Below, one piece after another: positions 1-13,759 of a DNA stretch of 64,000 bases (position 1 is its first letter; each line of letters opens with the position of its first letter). The position numbers and the translations under genes were made by a program. The stretch lies in the NCBI GenBank assembly GCA_964016885.1, contig OZ024747.1, positions 44,702,001 through 44,766,000 on the forward strand, in the 5' to 3' direction. Under the pieces are notes generated by a model. The model did no database searches. It was not told the DNA's origin and saw only the letters and a list, made by a program, of their open reading frames with translations. This DNA comes from Eledone cirrhosa (Eukaryota).

Positions 1-123
1 TCTCATGTGACGTCACTCATCCTCCCGCTTCCGGTCAGGCGTCCCCCAACTTCCGGCCATCTCCCCTACGGCAGCCCCACACGGCCCCCTGATCTCAAGG
101 ATCAATTCCCCCATCACATTGCT

Positions 124-2800
124 TCATGTCAAAATCCGCCCTCCACCTGGGTGGTCGGCGGTCCCGTTGTGATCTCTGCACTGTTGGGGAAGCGCTTCCT
201 TTTTTTCCTCATTCTCGGAGTCCGTCAAAACAACGATTCTACGGACGTCCAAGACGTAACGAGGCATTCCGTCCACAGACACATTGTTTTGGGAATTTAA
301 AGCCGTTACCGTTCCCTTTCCCCATTGAGATGTGCAACGCGCGTTCGGGAGTTTGACCCAGATCCCCTCTCCCACTCGTACGAATGCGTTCTCTCTCTCT
401 CCACCGGCTGTTCTAGGACCGTGCAAGGGTGTCATCATTTGTATTTGTATATTGCCTTGTGTGGCACCGACTCCTCGGCCTGTCCCACCTGAGGAGACAC
501 GTTGTACCAAAACATTGCCTCCATGGGTGAAATGTGCCCCCTTTCCGCCATGGCCTTGATCGTGCGATGGTGTCTCTCCACGATCCCATTTCCGCTCGGC
601 CTGTATGCCGCTCTGAAGAAGAGGTTCACCTTCCACTTGTCAAGCAACTCCCTCAGCGCTTCCGAACGAAACGCCGTGCTGTTGTCCATCAGAAGTTCAT
701 CCACAGGTCCCCACCCCAAGAATATCTCTCTTAGCGTCCGCGCAATTTCCTCCGCAGTCTCCGTCTTCATTTCCCTCCCTATCGCCATCCGTCCCGGCCC
801 ACAATCAACCATTGAGGGATACGTCCCTTGTCGGTAGTTTGCCACGTCCATCACTAATCGCTTTCAGTTGTGCTCCACCGGGATGCTGCCCATCTCGTGC
901 ACACCCGGAGCGAGGTCAATAGACTGGCATCTGTTGCAACCTCCGACCAGTCTCTGGTCCTATCCACTCCCATATGGTGCATGTCATGCAACACCCCCTC
1001 AACTCCGAGTCACTCAGCCGACACACTGCAGCTATCCCGTTCTCTGCGTCCTCTGGCATTTCCAGCCAGGCTTTCTTCACCCTGGTTAAAATGTCTGCCC
1101 TATTTTTCTCTGGGAGTTCAAAGACTACACTCAACTTCAGCTTTCCCAACGTTCCCAGGCGGCGCTTTACCAACATTTCTACTGCCCCTCTCGTTCGCAC
1201 CCTCTCCTCAATGGTAAGCCCTGATCTCACCCATCCGAGTACAGTGGCCGAGTCAATGCGAATCTCTATGGTGCGTACGCAACCCCCTTCTCAGGGCGAG
1301 ATTCACTCCTCTCAGCACAGCGTTCAGTTCGGCCACGTTGATGTGGTTGCAGTCCTCCTCCTTCCTAAGCCAGACTGCGTCCTCGACCTACCCTATCTCT
1401 AGAGTGACCCATAGCGCTATGCTATTGGCATCACACCATATGGTCCCGCTCTCCGATTTGGGGACGTACCAGCATCCTCTTACTGGGTCATCAGCCTTTA
1501 CCCTCCCACGATCTGCATCATGACAACTGTCCTCTCTCTCACCCCATCCGCTCGTCTCTTGACATAACTGCATGCTGTCTGGAACCACCCTACGATCGGA
1601 TAGTGGCCCACCAAATTTACCACACGTTGAGAAGAGTTCCCGTCTATTCATGTCAGGGGCCAATTCCAGGACTTCATTTCCACTCCAAAATACTAGCATG
1701 TCCATCTTGTCTCTTTGCAGTCCTAGTGCGACTCCTCCTTCCGTCGCCACTGGGGGTTTCGCGGTTAATCCGAACCTTCCTAAGTGGCTTGAGACCTCTG
1801 CTGCTGACACCACAGTCTCGTCTACCAAGATGTCGATGTAGGAGTTGGTGACCCTCTTCACCTTGTCTGCTTTCCCCAGAATGATCTTGAGACCGTCGCC
1901 ATGATCTTTGGTGCAGAGTTCAACCCAAAGCCAAACCTGGTCAGGCAGTATGTCTGGCCCTTATACCTGACCAGCTGATACTTCCACAACTTCTCATCTT
2001 CGTGTAGCTGTAGATATGCCGACTTTAAGTCAACAATCATGAAGGCCCCCGGTCATTCGTCTCCATTCTCGCAAGGTTTCCCCGCAAACATCCGTGACCT
2101 CACCACCTGTGTGGCATGACACGCGTTCGTTCGGTTCACGAAAGTCTAACACAGGTCTGACCTTGTTCTTCGTGGGTTGCACTACTGCCATTAACAGCAA
2201 CATTCCACTCTTTACCTCCTCCTTCCAAGGGATCAATATACCCTCTTCGATCCATCTCTGTACCTCTCCCTCAAACTCGCTTCTGGCATCTCCTTTCAAG
2301 GTATGCTGATAACAGCCCACTCTATTCTTCAGCGTTGGTGGTTCTCCTTCCCAGTACCACTCAACTACCCACCGTTGCCCATCGAACACAGCTCTGAAAT
2401 CCTTGACCTCTATGGTGTGAACAGCATGTTTTTCTTCATGGATATCCCTGTTCTCCTGTTGCATACTCATGGCGCATGATGTTTCCGCGCTACCAGACGT
2501 TACCCTGACCTCACTCACAGTAACGCCTCCTAAGCAGCCAATCGCATCCATGCCCATTGCTACATTTATTTCGTCCACCACCTGGTCAATCACGATCGAC
2601 CGAAGCTTTATTTTTCTTCCCCGTACCGCCATCGCCACCTCACTTTTACCTCTGCATCTAATCTCTCTACCGTCGACTGCCCTTGCACTACTCATCCCGC
2701 TCTACTTTTTAACAACTTCCGTGGTCACAACTGCTGTTATGCAGTCCGTCTCCACGAGGGCTCGTGATGGCTTCCCTACCACCAGAACTTCCACTATGAG
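124..2800 (-). pseudogene. pol: pol remnant (protease, RT, RNase H, integrase)
   Basis: PR-like RALVETDC; RT VLDFR, DLKSAYLQ, FGLNSAP, YID(D)ILV; RH IWCDA; INT LLMDNSTAF and YRPSGNGIVERHHRTIK. These are split over several frames. Confidence 0.9.
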
Positions 2801-2849
2801 CAGTGATTGCAAGGGCACTTCTACTCGCTTCGAACCATTTCCCTGGTCG

Positions 2850-3543
2850 CAATTGTTGGCGATGTGGCCTGGCTGCTTACATCGGTAGCAGATTATATCT
2901 GGCTTCGGCTCTGCAGTCCTTTGCCATGTGCGGGCTCTAGCACCTGAAGCACCGGCCTCTGAACGCCCGCGGACGAATATTCACAGTGGCTGTTCTCCTT
3001 TCGTCGTTCGTCGATCGCTGTCGACTGCCATGGGGTTCCGTCGCTGCTAGCGCTGCATCATTCCGTTCAGCGCCTTGTATTACTACGTGGTCCTGCGCGA
3101 TTAGCTCGCTCATGTTCATCAGCTGTTGGAGCCTCACCGAGATCTCATCGGGGACCCGTTCACAAACACCACCCACACGGCCCTTTCGCAGTCTCCCGTG
3201 AATTCAGCCAGCGTAGCAAACCGCCGTATTTCCGCTGTAAATACGTCCACGTGTTCTCTCATCCATCTCACTTTGCCGACCTTGGCGAAAGCAGCATAAG
3301 GTTCCTCAGTGAACGCTTCCTTAAGACGTTGCTCTATCTTCTCTGCGTTCAGTTGGTCTGACCCGTCCATCTCGAGGTATAATGCCAGTGCATTTCCATC
3401 GAGATAAAGAGCGATTAGGTCAGCCACATTCTCTATACTTCGCTGTATGGCAACCAATCTGACTTTTCTCAATCAGGCGATGACATCTCCTTCGCTGTTG
3501 AAGGCTTTGATCGCCTCGCTACCCATTCTTAATTTCGCTGCCA
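2850..3543 (-). pseudogene. gag: gag remnant with two zinc knuckles
   Basis: Minus-strand CFRC*SPHMAKDC and CYRCKQPGHIANNC at ~2850-2955. The frame is broken by stops and frameshifts. Confidence 0.85.
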
Positions 3544-3661
3544 TCTCCTTTGCGAGATCGTAGAAGTCAATAATGCCCCAAGAAGAGAGAGAAAGAAAAA
3601 ACAAAACAAAAAAAAAACGCTGCTGGGAGTAAAAATGCCGAAAGATGGGGAAAAGTATTAA

Positions 3662-4310
3662 CACTTTAGTGTTCAAACCGGCCAGAATTCTCTACCCCTT
3701 TCTGTTGAAACTGGCTGTAACCGGTCGCTCAAACTGATGTTAAGGTATTGTTCTCAAAATAAATACTTTTAAAATCTCATAGATTCGATATTATGTGCGG
3801 TAAAGCCTTTACCATGAAAATATAATAGTGTAGCGAAATCTGTCCACGCCTTGAACCTTGGGTGACACCTAAAGGTCAAACTCTAGGTCACCACCCTTTT
3901 GGTGTGAACAGGTTATGCGTGGGCTATCCCTCAAGGTGGGAGACAGAAAGCGACAGGCATATAAAGCCTATATATTCCCACGTTTTATACAGAGAGATCG
4001 GAGCACCACGATATAGACAAGCCATGTGAAAGATTCACCGCTACCTTCAGGCCACAGAGGCCTACAGACCATTACTCTCTCCCTCTCTCTCTCCTGGTCG
4101 CAGACTTCACCAGCCTCACGAACCAACAACAAAATAACATTTTCAACCTTCGCAACTCGTGGTAACTTGTTTTTTTGTTCTTTTTGACTGAAGTGAAGTA
4201 AACCTTTTTATATATAAAGTAAATCAGATATTCTTTTTATAATCATTCTAACAACTTACTAACTCCCTTCGTTAAAATAGTATATATAAAGTAATGTGAA
4301 TGCTAACGGG
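3662..4310. mobile_element. TTAA-flanked (piggyBac-like) MITE, family 1, inserted in the Gypsy 5' LTR/leader
   Basis: TTAA at 3658-3661 and 4311-4314. The body matches the other family-1 copies and is interrupted by 3829-4276. Confidence 0.8.
3829..4276. mobile_element. Probable solo LTR nested in the MITE
   Basis: Starts TGTAGCGAA and ends TTCGTTAAA (7/9 inverted match), with a 4-bp TSD ATAG (3825-3828 and 4277-4280). Confidence 0.7.
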
Positions 4311-6994
4311 TTAAACGCCGAAATTAGCTTATACCGGTAGCATTCGGACTTAGCTTGCGTCTTCGATTCACTTTGGGCAGAGTCTTCCGCCGACTTTAGG
4401 CTATCAGAGTCACTCTCAGTTTCGCTTCACACAACACGTCCTCAGTCGTCAGTTCCTCCTCAACCCTCATGTGACATCACTCTTCCTCCCACTTCCGGTC
4501 AGGCGTACCCCAACTTCCGGCAATCTCCCCCACGGCAGCCCCACAAGAATAAATGTTTAAGTGTAAAATAACTGAAATCTAATATAAATGACATATGGAA
4601 ACACCGATCGTCCAAAACGGATCATTAATGAAAACATTGAAAGTTTTGGTATATTGAAATATCTGTAAGAGGTATTGAATCAATTCATCTTTGAAAATAT
4701 TCCATCGTTTTGCTCTCTCTCTCTCTCTCTCTCTCTCTGTAAAGGAGCCGCTTATCAGATCATGCAAAGGGAACAATATTTTATCAGCCATTCCATTGCT
4801 GATATTGTCAGCCGGGCGCATCACCTGTCAGAAGGAAGTAGGGTTTGAGATCAGAACAGAGAGGACAAAGTACTTTCTATTAAAGTCAGATAAGCTATCG
4901 TTGGAGAATGAAAAAAGAAACTTCTTCGGATGTATGATCTGTCTATCTTTGATTAACATGGGTGAAAAACGTTAAACCATTTGCATAAATTATAAGGCCC
5001 ATACGTAAAAATACAGTGCTGGAACCACATCATAGACAAACTTGCATCAGTAAAATCAAGGCAGATGCAATTGTAATTTGTATGTATTGTTTTCAATTAA
5101 AAAATTAACGAACACGATTGGTATTTTTGAGCTGATTTTATGGTTATGTAAAAGATGGGTGTCAGATTTTTGGGCAGGAGCGTAATTTCACTGCTAGCCA
5201 TAGGCGCTATTTTCAATAGCTGTTTTCTGTCGAGCTGTGGCCGCCACACAAACTAGTACCACATATACTTTGTAGTGCATTAAATATTTAATCCTATCAA
5301 CTGATAAACCCTTTGTACCGGAGACCTTTCAATGGCGATCTCACTCCACACACCGCCAGGAGCTTGATATACTATAATTACTTACATTTAAACAAATTTA
5401 ATTGAAGTTACCGAAAAGCGTGAGGAATATGAAGAAAACAGTGAAAATATTTTAAGATAGCCTTATACTTGTGAATACACGTAATACTGCGAGTGTTCAT
5501 TTGACTATAGCTACCATAATCCCTAACAACAACAACGAACTAGTTCGCCGACGGCGTCGGCGCCGCCGCCGTCATAATTTAACGTCTGCTTTTTCCGCGA
5601 GCAAAGTTTGGATATGTTAATTAAGATATCTTTTAAGTAGATGAGCTTGAACTCATGACTTCTAGCGACCCTTCATGATTAATTAAATTGATGTGGTTTA
5701 TATTTCTGTCAGTAGATTTGCAGAAATGCCAACCTCTAAAAACCCAAACAGGAAGTACCATGAATAAAAGTGCTCCAAAACGGGGACAAATGAAGTAAAA
5801 TTGGGGAGATTTTATTAAATGAAAGCTATACCCATTTTCACAATAGAAGACACCTCTCACTCACCCCAAAGTGGGTGGGAGATCTCATCATCGGACGAGG
5901 AGAGTTGACAGATATGAATTTGTTAGAGCATCAGATTAAATGTCCAATAGTGTTTGTTCTAGTTTTATGAATTCCGAATTCAAATCCTAACGAAATTAAC
6001 CTTGCTTTTGTCCTTTCGAGGACGATAAATAAAGTACGAGTTCAATCATTGACGTGATTGTTAAAATGCTGGACGTGCGTGATTATTGCTTGTGCTTGTT
6101 CTGGTCCTACATATGATTTCCTATTCTGGTGTTATGATTTTCTAATAACTTACACGGCAAATTTTAAAACAATGTCTCAAAAAAAAAGAATAAATTAAAA
6201 AAAGAAAAGAAAATATGTGCATTCATTGCGCAGTATATATACAACATCTAGGAAAACATTTAAGTACAACATAAAATAATTATGTCTATAAATAAAATAA
6301 AATCGAATCTTAAAAATGATAAGATATTTTGACAGCTGTCTATGTTAGGATAATAATGAGCAATGCATTAGATTGCTGGTACACACAAAAGATCGTTAGC
6401 TTTCAAAAGGTGCATGTTTGACTAGTTTTGTCGAATTAAATGACAATCTTTGAGAGATTTTAAACTAATCGAAGTTGGTCTCTGACAATAATTAAGAACA
6501 AAACAGAAAAAAAGCATGATGCTTTTTATTCAGCAGGCATTTACTGGACGTTTAATAAAATTAACCCTTTCATTAACATATTTCTCATGAAAGTCATTGC
6601 CTATGATTTTAAAATTATTTCGAAAATAATCAAGTATTTTGAGGGAATTAGCAATAAATCATTTTAAAACAGATGTTTGGGGTATAACTTAAAGATTCTT
6701 ACATACAATTATTGTAATATTATGATGTTGGTTATGTTGACAAATAAAGCATTCAAACACTTTAAAAAAAATTATGATGGAATGTTTACAGATAAATACA
6801 AATAAATACTTCAAAATGAACAGCTTAGTATCATAAGACCAGGGGCAGTTTCAGGTGGTCTGGTATCAGAAATCATTATGAACCAACGCACATTCTATAA
6901 ACCTTTTGGTGGATTTGAACCCCAAACAAACTTCTGTGGCATAAGTGAATCTCTGTTTACATCATATCTCCATGAACGCATGCAGAGGAACACG

Positions 6995-7150
6995 TTTTTA
7001 TAGCCATGAACACATGTGAAGGTATATGTTTCCATAGCCATGAACACATGTAGAAGAACACGTTTCTATAGCCATGAACACATGTAGAACACGTTTCTAT
7101 CGCCATGAACACATGTAGAAGAATAAGTTTCTATCGCCATGAACACATGT
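6995..7150. repeat. Short tandem array, ~31-33 bp unit
   Basis: About five copies of (t)agccatgaacacatgtagaa...gtttcta. Confidence 0.8.
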
Positions 7151-7374
7151 TCACAAATCTCATTCCTTCTCTGAGTGAATTTTACTCCTCATAAAATTAC
7201 TATCCTTTTTATGCCCTTTCCTAAAAATTCATTATCTCTTATTTTCCCCTCTTAAAATTACGATTCCTTTTATTGTTAAGATTTATAGTATGAAACTTTA
7301 AGAATAAGAGAAACTATAGAGAAAAGAGTATGTGATATTACTCATGTTTATGGAATGTGTGTAGGAGCATAATG

Positions 7375-7590
7375 ATTTCTCATTTAGGTACAAGACCAGC
7401 AATTTTTGAGGGAAGGGCAAAGTTGTTTAAATCAATCACAGTACTTGACTTGTAATTTATTTTAACGACCTTGGAAGGATGAAGGGCAAATTTGACCTTA
7501 TTGGTTTTTGAACTCAGTACGCAACGAGTTAGGGCAAATACTGAAATTACATTTTATTCAAGGTTCTACCAATTGTGTCCATCCGTTGCT
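7375..7590 (-). mobile_element. tRNA-derived SINE family A, diverged copy
   Basis: Reverse complement of the family-A consensus (gatgaagggcaaa...tttgaactcag). Confidence 0.65.
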
Positions 7591-8299
7591 CTTGTAGGAG
7601 TATAATGATATCAATTCCAATAGGTTACTTTTCTTTTTTAGCAGTGTAAAATAAGATTCTACCATTTTAAGGGACACAATTAATTCTGACGTCAAAAAGC
7701 TTTCATTTCTGTAATCACATTCTTAACAGCGTAGTGATTATTAACATTTATATGTCACAAGCAAACATTGACTAATGGTGACATGTAATTAAATCACCTC
7801 CTCTCTTCCTATATAGACTTTGAATCTTTGGGTTATAATACTTGCATACAGACATGGCAACTTGGCTGTTAAAACTGACTAGTGGGCAGAAGGTGAACAT
7901 TAAAATCTTGTATAATCCAGTAAAGTATCACAGATGTGAATGGAATTATAATAGAAGATCCTCTTACATAGTGTAGTGAAAGGAGAGACAATATAATGAA
8001 TATGTTCCTAAGAGCATTTTCTATTTACTTTACTTTTTTTTTTCCTAATCAACAATTACTTCAGTTTAGATTTACCTTGAAACCTTAAAGACTCTTGCCA
8101 CCCAAATAGAAAAAAAGTTAAATATTCTTCCTATTTAACATTGATGGCCTACTTGGTTTGGATGGGCTCTGCATCTTATTTATGCTCAGTTGGAGCTAAT
8201 CTCTGTGGGGGATTTAATTGTTAGTGTGACAGGCCCTTAGACTCCATAGGTCTTCATGGATTGGTTTGTCATCTGAATGAAGGTCATTTCATTTGCTTT

Positions 8300-9390
8300 A
8301 ATGAGCTGAACCTAATTATCAGGTGGGCCCTGGCTTGAGTCAATTCTGGAGTCAGTTAAAATGCCCAGAGTTGATGAGGAGTGGTCAAATGGTCTTATCA
8401 GTTACCCTTGAGTTTAAAGTAGGTGTCTCATTTGGAATAGCATAGTTAGTAACAGATTCTGTGACAAAGTTGATGGTCACTGCATTTGTGGCTGAATAAA
8501 ATTCTGAAATAGCATAAATTATTGGCAAATTAATTTTTTCAGCCTGTGACATTTGAAGCATTTGGAAGAGCTGGGCTATTGACAATGAAGTTCTTGTAAT
8601 TGTTTGCTGCATATCTTACCAAGGTATCAGGTGATTCCCACAAGGGTGCTTGCTTATTCCAGTGTCTTATCCTTGCTATCACCCACAACAATTATGTTAA
8701 TGTATTGATTTTCTAAAAACTTCAGTGCCCCTTCTTGTGGTAGAGTGTGTGTATTTTCTCCCATTTTTTTTTCTCTCTCTCATTTTCAGAATACGATCCT
8801 GAATACAAGTGGCTGAAACGAGCTTCCTCTGAAGGGTCTTTCAAGTAATGTTACTCGATAAAGTGCATAGCTCAGAGATCAAAGAGTCATTCCAGGTAGA
8901 GCCACTACTTCTCTGAATTGAGAGATCACAGCTCCGATATTATGGGAATGTGGTTAGAATGTTTCAGGAAAGAATTGCTGGACAGATTTTATGGGCGAAC
9001 CCAACAGGTAGGAGACCCAGGAGTTGACCCTGATCAAGATGGTTGGATATCATCCATGAGCATGGCTGGTCAAGCTTGGGGATCCAGCTGATCAGTTGGA
9101 GATGGTTGCTTCTGACCAGACCCACTGGAAGGAGTGTTTGAGGACTCTGCCCTGATGACCCTCTCAGGAATAAGTGGGCGAAGAAAAGAAGAAGAAAAAG
9201 ATATATTGTGTTTGCATCAGATTTCTTGAAAAATCTGAAACAAAGCATTGAAACTTAGGGAACACTGCAAGTGTATTGGCTTGTCTCACAAATTATATAG
9301 AAGGAAACTCCAGAACACCTTGCTGTGCCAACATTGGAAACTGTAAACAAGGGCTGGATACTGAAGCAATTTTAGATAAGACAGAGTAAA
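8300..9390 (-). pseudogene. Decayed coding remnant, possibly a negative-strand RNA virus nucleoprotein, interrupted by an RTE fragment
   Basis: Manual translation QFPMLAQQGVLEFPSI*FVRQANTLAVFPKFQCFVSDF ... NQYINIIVVGDSK ... LVRYAANNYKNF. The resemblance to chuvirus/mononegavirus N cores is loose. Confidence 0.25.
8788..9198 (+). mobile_element. RTE-clade LINE 3' fragment
   Basis: Encodes RIQVAETSFL...SQLRYYGNVVRM...PTGRRPRS..RWLD, overlaps in sequence with 36090-36230, and ends in a GAA-rich tail. Confidence 0.85.
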
Positions 9391-10164
9391 AGAAAAATGA
9401 AAAAAAAGGACTGTTAGATGGATGAGCTAATGAGACTTAAGTGCCTTGACCATGGATACTGCACACCATCAGAGATTGAATATGAACCCATTACTGATCA
9501 GTTAACAATCCAACACCTATAACTCACTCTTGTATGACTCCAGCTCACTCTGTTGATCAACTGTCATTTGTATTTATTTTGTTAGTTTTGCTTAGCAATA
9601 AGCAAAGTATTTTCAGTCTTCGGTCTTTGTATTTAATGAACAACTCTTATGTGACAGAATGTATTTATAATCATACAAGAGAAGTCAGTATTGAGATAAA
9701 TGTGTAAAACTCGAATCATAAATTCATCAAATTTTAGTCTAACGTCTATAAAAGACAGTATAGATAAATGAAATTAAAGCTATGAAAATGACTTAAATTC
9801 ACTTCACCTTTCAAAAATGATGGCACATTACTCAAATATACCAGCAATTAAAACGATTATCATTTACACCTTCATATTTTTATGTCTCTTTCAGTCAGAT
9901 TAGAAAACTGTTTTAGCCATCTCAACAACCAAAACAAAACAAATACACATCTTAATAACCAATCAATTTCCTTAAGCAAGATTATAACCATCTCAATAGC
10001 CAATCAGCTTCTTAAATAGCCAATCACTTTTTAAAATCATCTTATTTAACCAAGCAAATTGATCAAGCAAGCAGGCTAATAGAGGTTTTCTACATTTAAT
10101 CAGGTTTCCCAGAAGCCAAAGATGGTATCATAATGTAGTTGTTAAACATGATAGAAATAGGAAC

Positions 10165-10330
10165 CAAAGTGGATCAATGGTGATACAACATCTGAAGGTG
10201 GATCAGTGGTGGTATGACAACAGTTGATGGATCAGTGGTGAGACAATATTAGATGGTCGATCAATGGTGGTAAAACAACAGAAAGTGAATCAGTGGTGAT
10301 AGAACAGATGATGGTTCAGTGGTGATACAG
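10165..10330. repeat. Degenerate ~29-bp tandem array
   Basis: Recurring gatcagtggtgatacaaca-like unit. Confidence 0.65.
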
Positions 10331-10829
10331 CAAGAGAAGAAACCAGGGATTGTGTGTCAATATCAGATACACCCCTGCTAAGAATATGTAACTTAACTGA
10401 GACCTTAGTGTACAAGGATCTCATACTAATACAACTGATTATTTTACTAAGGCAACAAATTAGCAAAGTTGATAGTGTTGAACTAAATATCTTGCAGTAT
10501 TTGTGCTTGCTCTTTTCATTCTGAGTTCAAATCCCACTGAGGTCAACTTTGCCTTTCATTCTTTCAGGGTCATTAAATAAAGTACAAATCCAGGGTGATA
10601 GATTGGTTATAGTGAGGAAGTAGTTATTTCCATCTACAAATGAAAATATAGATAGTTTACATGACTATAATATAATGATTTTTCATATATAACTCTGCTA
10701 CAAACATTTTGTATAAAGATTATTTCACAACTTTTATCACTAATTAGTTGAAGAATATGTTGTATGTGTGTGTGTATATGTATATATGTTTACTTTCTAT
10801 ATAGTTTTCTTCTTTTTCTTGAAAAGAAG

Positions 10830-10879
<50 letters not shown>

Positions 10880-11768
10880 CATGCATATATATATGTATGT
10901 ATATATACAAACATACACACACACATATATATATACACACACACTCACTCACACATATATAAATATATATTTATATATATCAAAAGAAGTTTTATTTTGC
11001 CTTCTCTGTGGTCTTTTGGGAATCACTTCCAGTTGATACCAATGCGAAGTTACCTCTAAAGTAGGGATATGCAGTGTAAAAACGGTCAAGTTCACAAGAC
11101 CGACTTTAACTAAGAAGCTTTGAAGTATTCTTAAGTAGAGGATTCTAGAAGCAGGGGTGCTACATCATAAGGATGATGCTGGAAGGAAGAGGAAAAACGA
11201 AGATGACACACTAGTTGCTTCAGTGCAAAAAGTTGGGAAACTATAACGGAATAGAAAGAAAGAAAACAAAAACAACCGAATTAAGATTTAGTGTGTTTCT
11301 TGTTTGTTGAATATTTTAAGTTTGGGTTACGATTACCTGATTAGAAATAATTAAAATAATTAATTTAAATAGTAATTCTTTTACATAAATACATAGCCAT
11401 GGGGTTAAAAATTTCCTTTGGCAACTATCATAATTTTATGCAAAGACCTTTGTTAAGTTATGTTCCAAGCATCAATTTATTAATGTCAAAATTAATTATT
11501 TTACTTACTCCTTCCAATTAATTAAAACACATAGAAAATGGATTTCATTAGAAATTTTGCAATGAAAAGGTTAAGGATTAAATATTAACAATACTTTATT
11601 CTTAAAACAAAATATAACCCCAATGAGTTGTTATTAAAACAACAATTATTAAAGTAGTTGATTTTAAAATTATCTGGAAAATTTGAAATGTAACTCTAAG
11701 CTATAAATAATTTTAATAGTTGAAGACTATATATTCATTTCCATTGGGACGCACACATTTCATTATTT

Positions 11769-11905
11769 TAACTTTGCCTTTCATCCTTACGGGGTTGATA
11801 AATAAAGCACCAGTAACTCACTGGGGTGGATTTAATTGACCCCACCTTCAAATTGCTGGCCTTGTGCCTAAAGTAGAAACAATTATAATTATATTTCAGA
11901 AATAA
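11769..11905 (+). mobile_element. 3' half of a family-A SINE between ~30-bp direct repeats
   Basis: SINE core ctttgcctttcatccttacgggg...gtagaaac. Flanks at ~11730-11761 and ~11930-11961 are duplicated. Confidence 0.75.
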
Positions 11906-12048
11906 TTATTTATGGTAATTGACTATTACTATATTCATTTGCATTGGGATGCACACATTTCGAATTAAATAATTATTAAAACAAAATTCATTCTTATTTT
12001 TTTTCATTGGAAAGAATCCTAAAAGATGTGTTCATCTATAACCATTAA

Positions 12049-12254
12049 CCCTTTCGTATTTAAACCAGCTGCATCTGGCCAGAATTCTCTCACCTCATTC
12101 TGTTCAAACCGGCCATAACCATCCACTCATACGTTAAGGTATTGTTCTCAAAATAAATAAAATCCCATAGATTCAATATTATGTGAGATAATTATCTACA
12201 GTAAAGCATCTACTGTGAAAATACAATAGTATATATAATGTAAATGCTGAAGGG
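12049..12254. mobile_element. TTAA MITE family 1
   Basis: ttaa|CCCTTT...ggccagaattctctcacc...AATGCTGAAGGG. Confidence 0.8.
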
Positions 12255-12384
12255 GTAAACATCTCAATTATACATGTTTGAAAATAAAAAAAGATATTTT
12301 AACCCTTTGGATGTAAATAGCCCTGAAACTAAGCTGGATTTATGATTTTTTTTCTTATATTAACACCTTCCATTATAATTACAA

Positions 12385-12780
12385 AGGGTAGATTGGCAGT
12401 ATTGGTAGAGGGTCGGACGCCATGCTTTGACGTATAGAGTTACGGCCCTTGCCATTCTGAGTTCAAATCCCGCCGAGGTAAACTTTGCCTTTCATCCTTA
12501 CGGGGTCAATAAAATAAAGTACCAGTAATGCATTGGGTAATTGTGGCCTTGTGCCAAAAGTAGAAACAATTATAATTACAAAGAGCAGTGGATTGGCAGT
12601 ATCAATAGAGTGTCAGACAACATGCTTTGCAGCATAAAGTTATAGTCCTTTATGTTCTGAGTTCAAATCCCACTGAGGTTAGCTTTGCCTTTTGTCCTGT
12701 AATGCACTGGGGTTGATTTAATCGACTCTACCCTCCCCCAAATTACTAGCCTTGTGCCTAAAGTAGAAACCATTATAATT
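12385..12780 (+). mobile_element. Two head-to-tail family-A tRNA-SINEs
   Basis: Box-A-like tggcagtattggtaga and box B gagttcaaatccc. The first copy is flanked by the TSD ataattacaaag. Confidence 0.85.
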
Positions 12781-13308
12781 ATATTTCAGAAATATTTATT
12801 AAATAATGTTGTAAGTATCAGCTTACTAATGAAAAAGTTAGTTACTTCATTGAATTCCTCCAAGTTTTCAGTTATTTCAGTGAAACACATAGGTAATATA
12901 TGTCATTAGAAATATTGTAACGGAGGAGTTGAATAATTCCTAATTTCAATATTTCCTTTTTTTTCTTTCAAATAAATTAATGAAGCTAATTATCTATTTT
13001 TTATTTATCTATTTTATTTATTTTTTACAATATCACTTTTATTTCCTATTAACAGAACTTTATATATTTTCAGTCAGTTACTAATAGATATGATGAGATA
13101 CAAGTATAAAAATTCCAATTTTATGATATTAAACATTTAAGGAAATTATCTTCATAGCTTTAAACCTTTAAAGTCAATTCACGGCTTTATTTCTTATGTA
13201 CTTGATAAATCAATTTCTTTATGGATATTTAGAAAGGAATTAAAACATCTAGTGATACAATTTATACAAATAGCAAGGAAAAAGAAACATGGCCACCAGG
13301 AAATTGCT

Positions 13309-13605
13309 CTGTGTGTGTATGTATATGTGTGTGTATGTGTGTAGTGTATTTATCTGTTTGTGTGTAGTATGTGTGTGTGTGTGTATGTGTATATGTATCT
13401 ACCTGTTTGTGCATAGTATATGTGTGTGTATGTGTGTAGTGTATTTATCTGTTTGTGTGTAGTATATGTGTGTGTGTGTACATGTGTGTGTATGTGTATA
13501 GTGTATCTATCTGTTTGTGCATAGTATATGTGTGTGTATGTGTGTAGTGTATCAATCTGTTTTTGTGTAGTGTTTGTGTGTGAATCTGTGTGTGGATATA
13601 AGTAT
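13309..13605. repeat. Compound TG/TA-rich simple repeat
   Basis: Seen directly. Confidence 0.85.
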
Positions 13606-13759
13606 GTGTAAATAATTCATATTTATCAAATGTTTGGTCTACTTTGTAGAATTATTTGGTTTGCCTGTTTAATTTGGTTTATTCCAAAATAGCTAATATT
13701 GTCAAAGTTCAATAGATTTATTAACATGCTGTTACGGAAATATCTTGTACATGAGTGCA

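Larger units (their letters stand above)
1..4545 (-). mobile_element. Decayed Ty3/Gypsy LTR retrotransposon (3' LTR cut by the window edge)
   Basis: 1-81 matches 4465-4545 (7 mismatches in 81 nt). Both read TGTGGGGCTGCC on the minus strand, an LTR start. The internal region encodes gag-PR-RT-RH-INT in Gypsy order. Confidence 0.92.

Noticed and set aside
4691-4975. 94-aa ORF
   Set aside because: It runs through (CT)n and has no recognisable homology.
5537-5575. GC-rich palindrome CGCCGAC-GGC-GTCGGCG
   Set aside because: It abuts the tail position of a degenerate family-B SINE and is probably a mutated triplet tail.
11120-11250. Possible exon or Tc1 fragment (AGRKRK...)
   Set aside because: It is too short, with no supporting motifs or termini.
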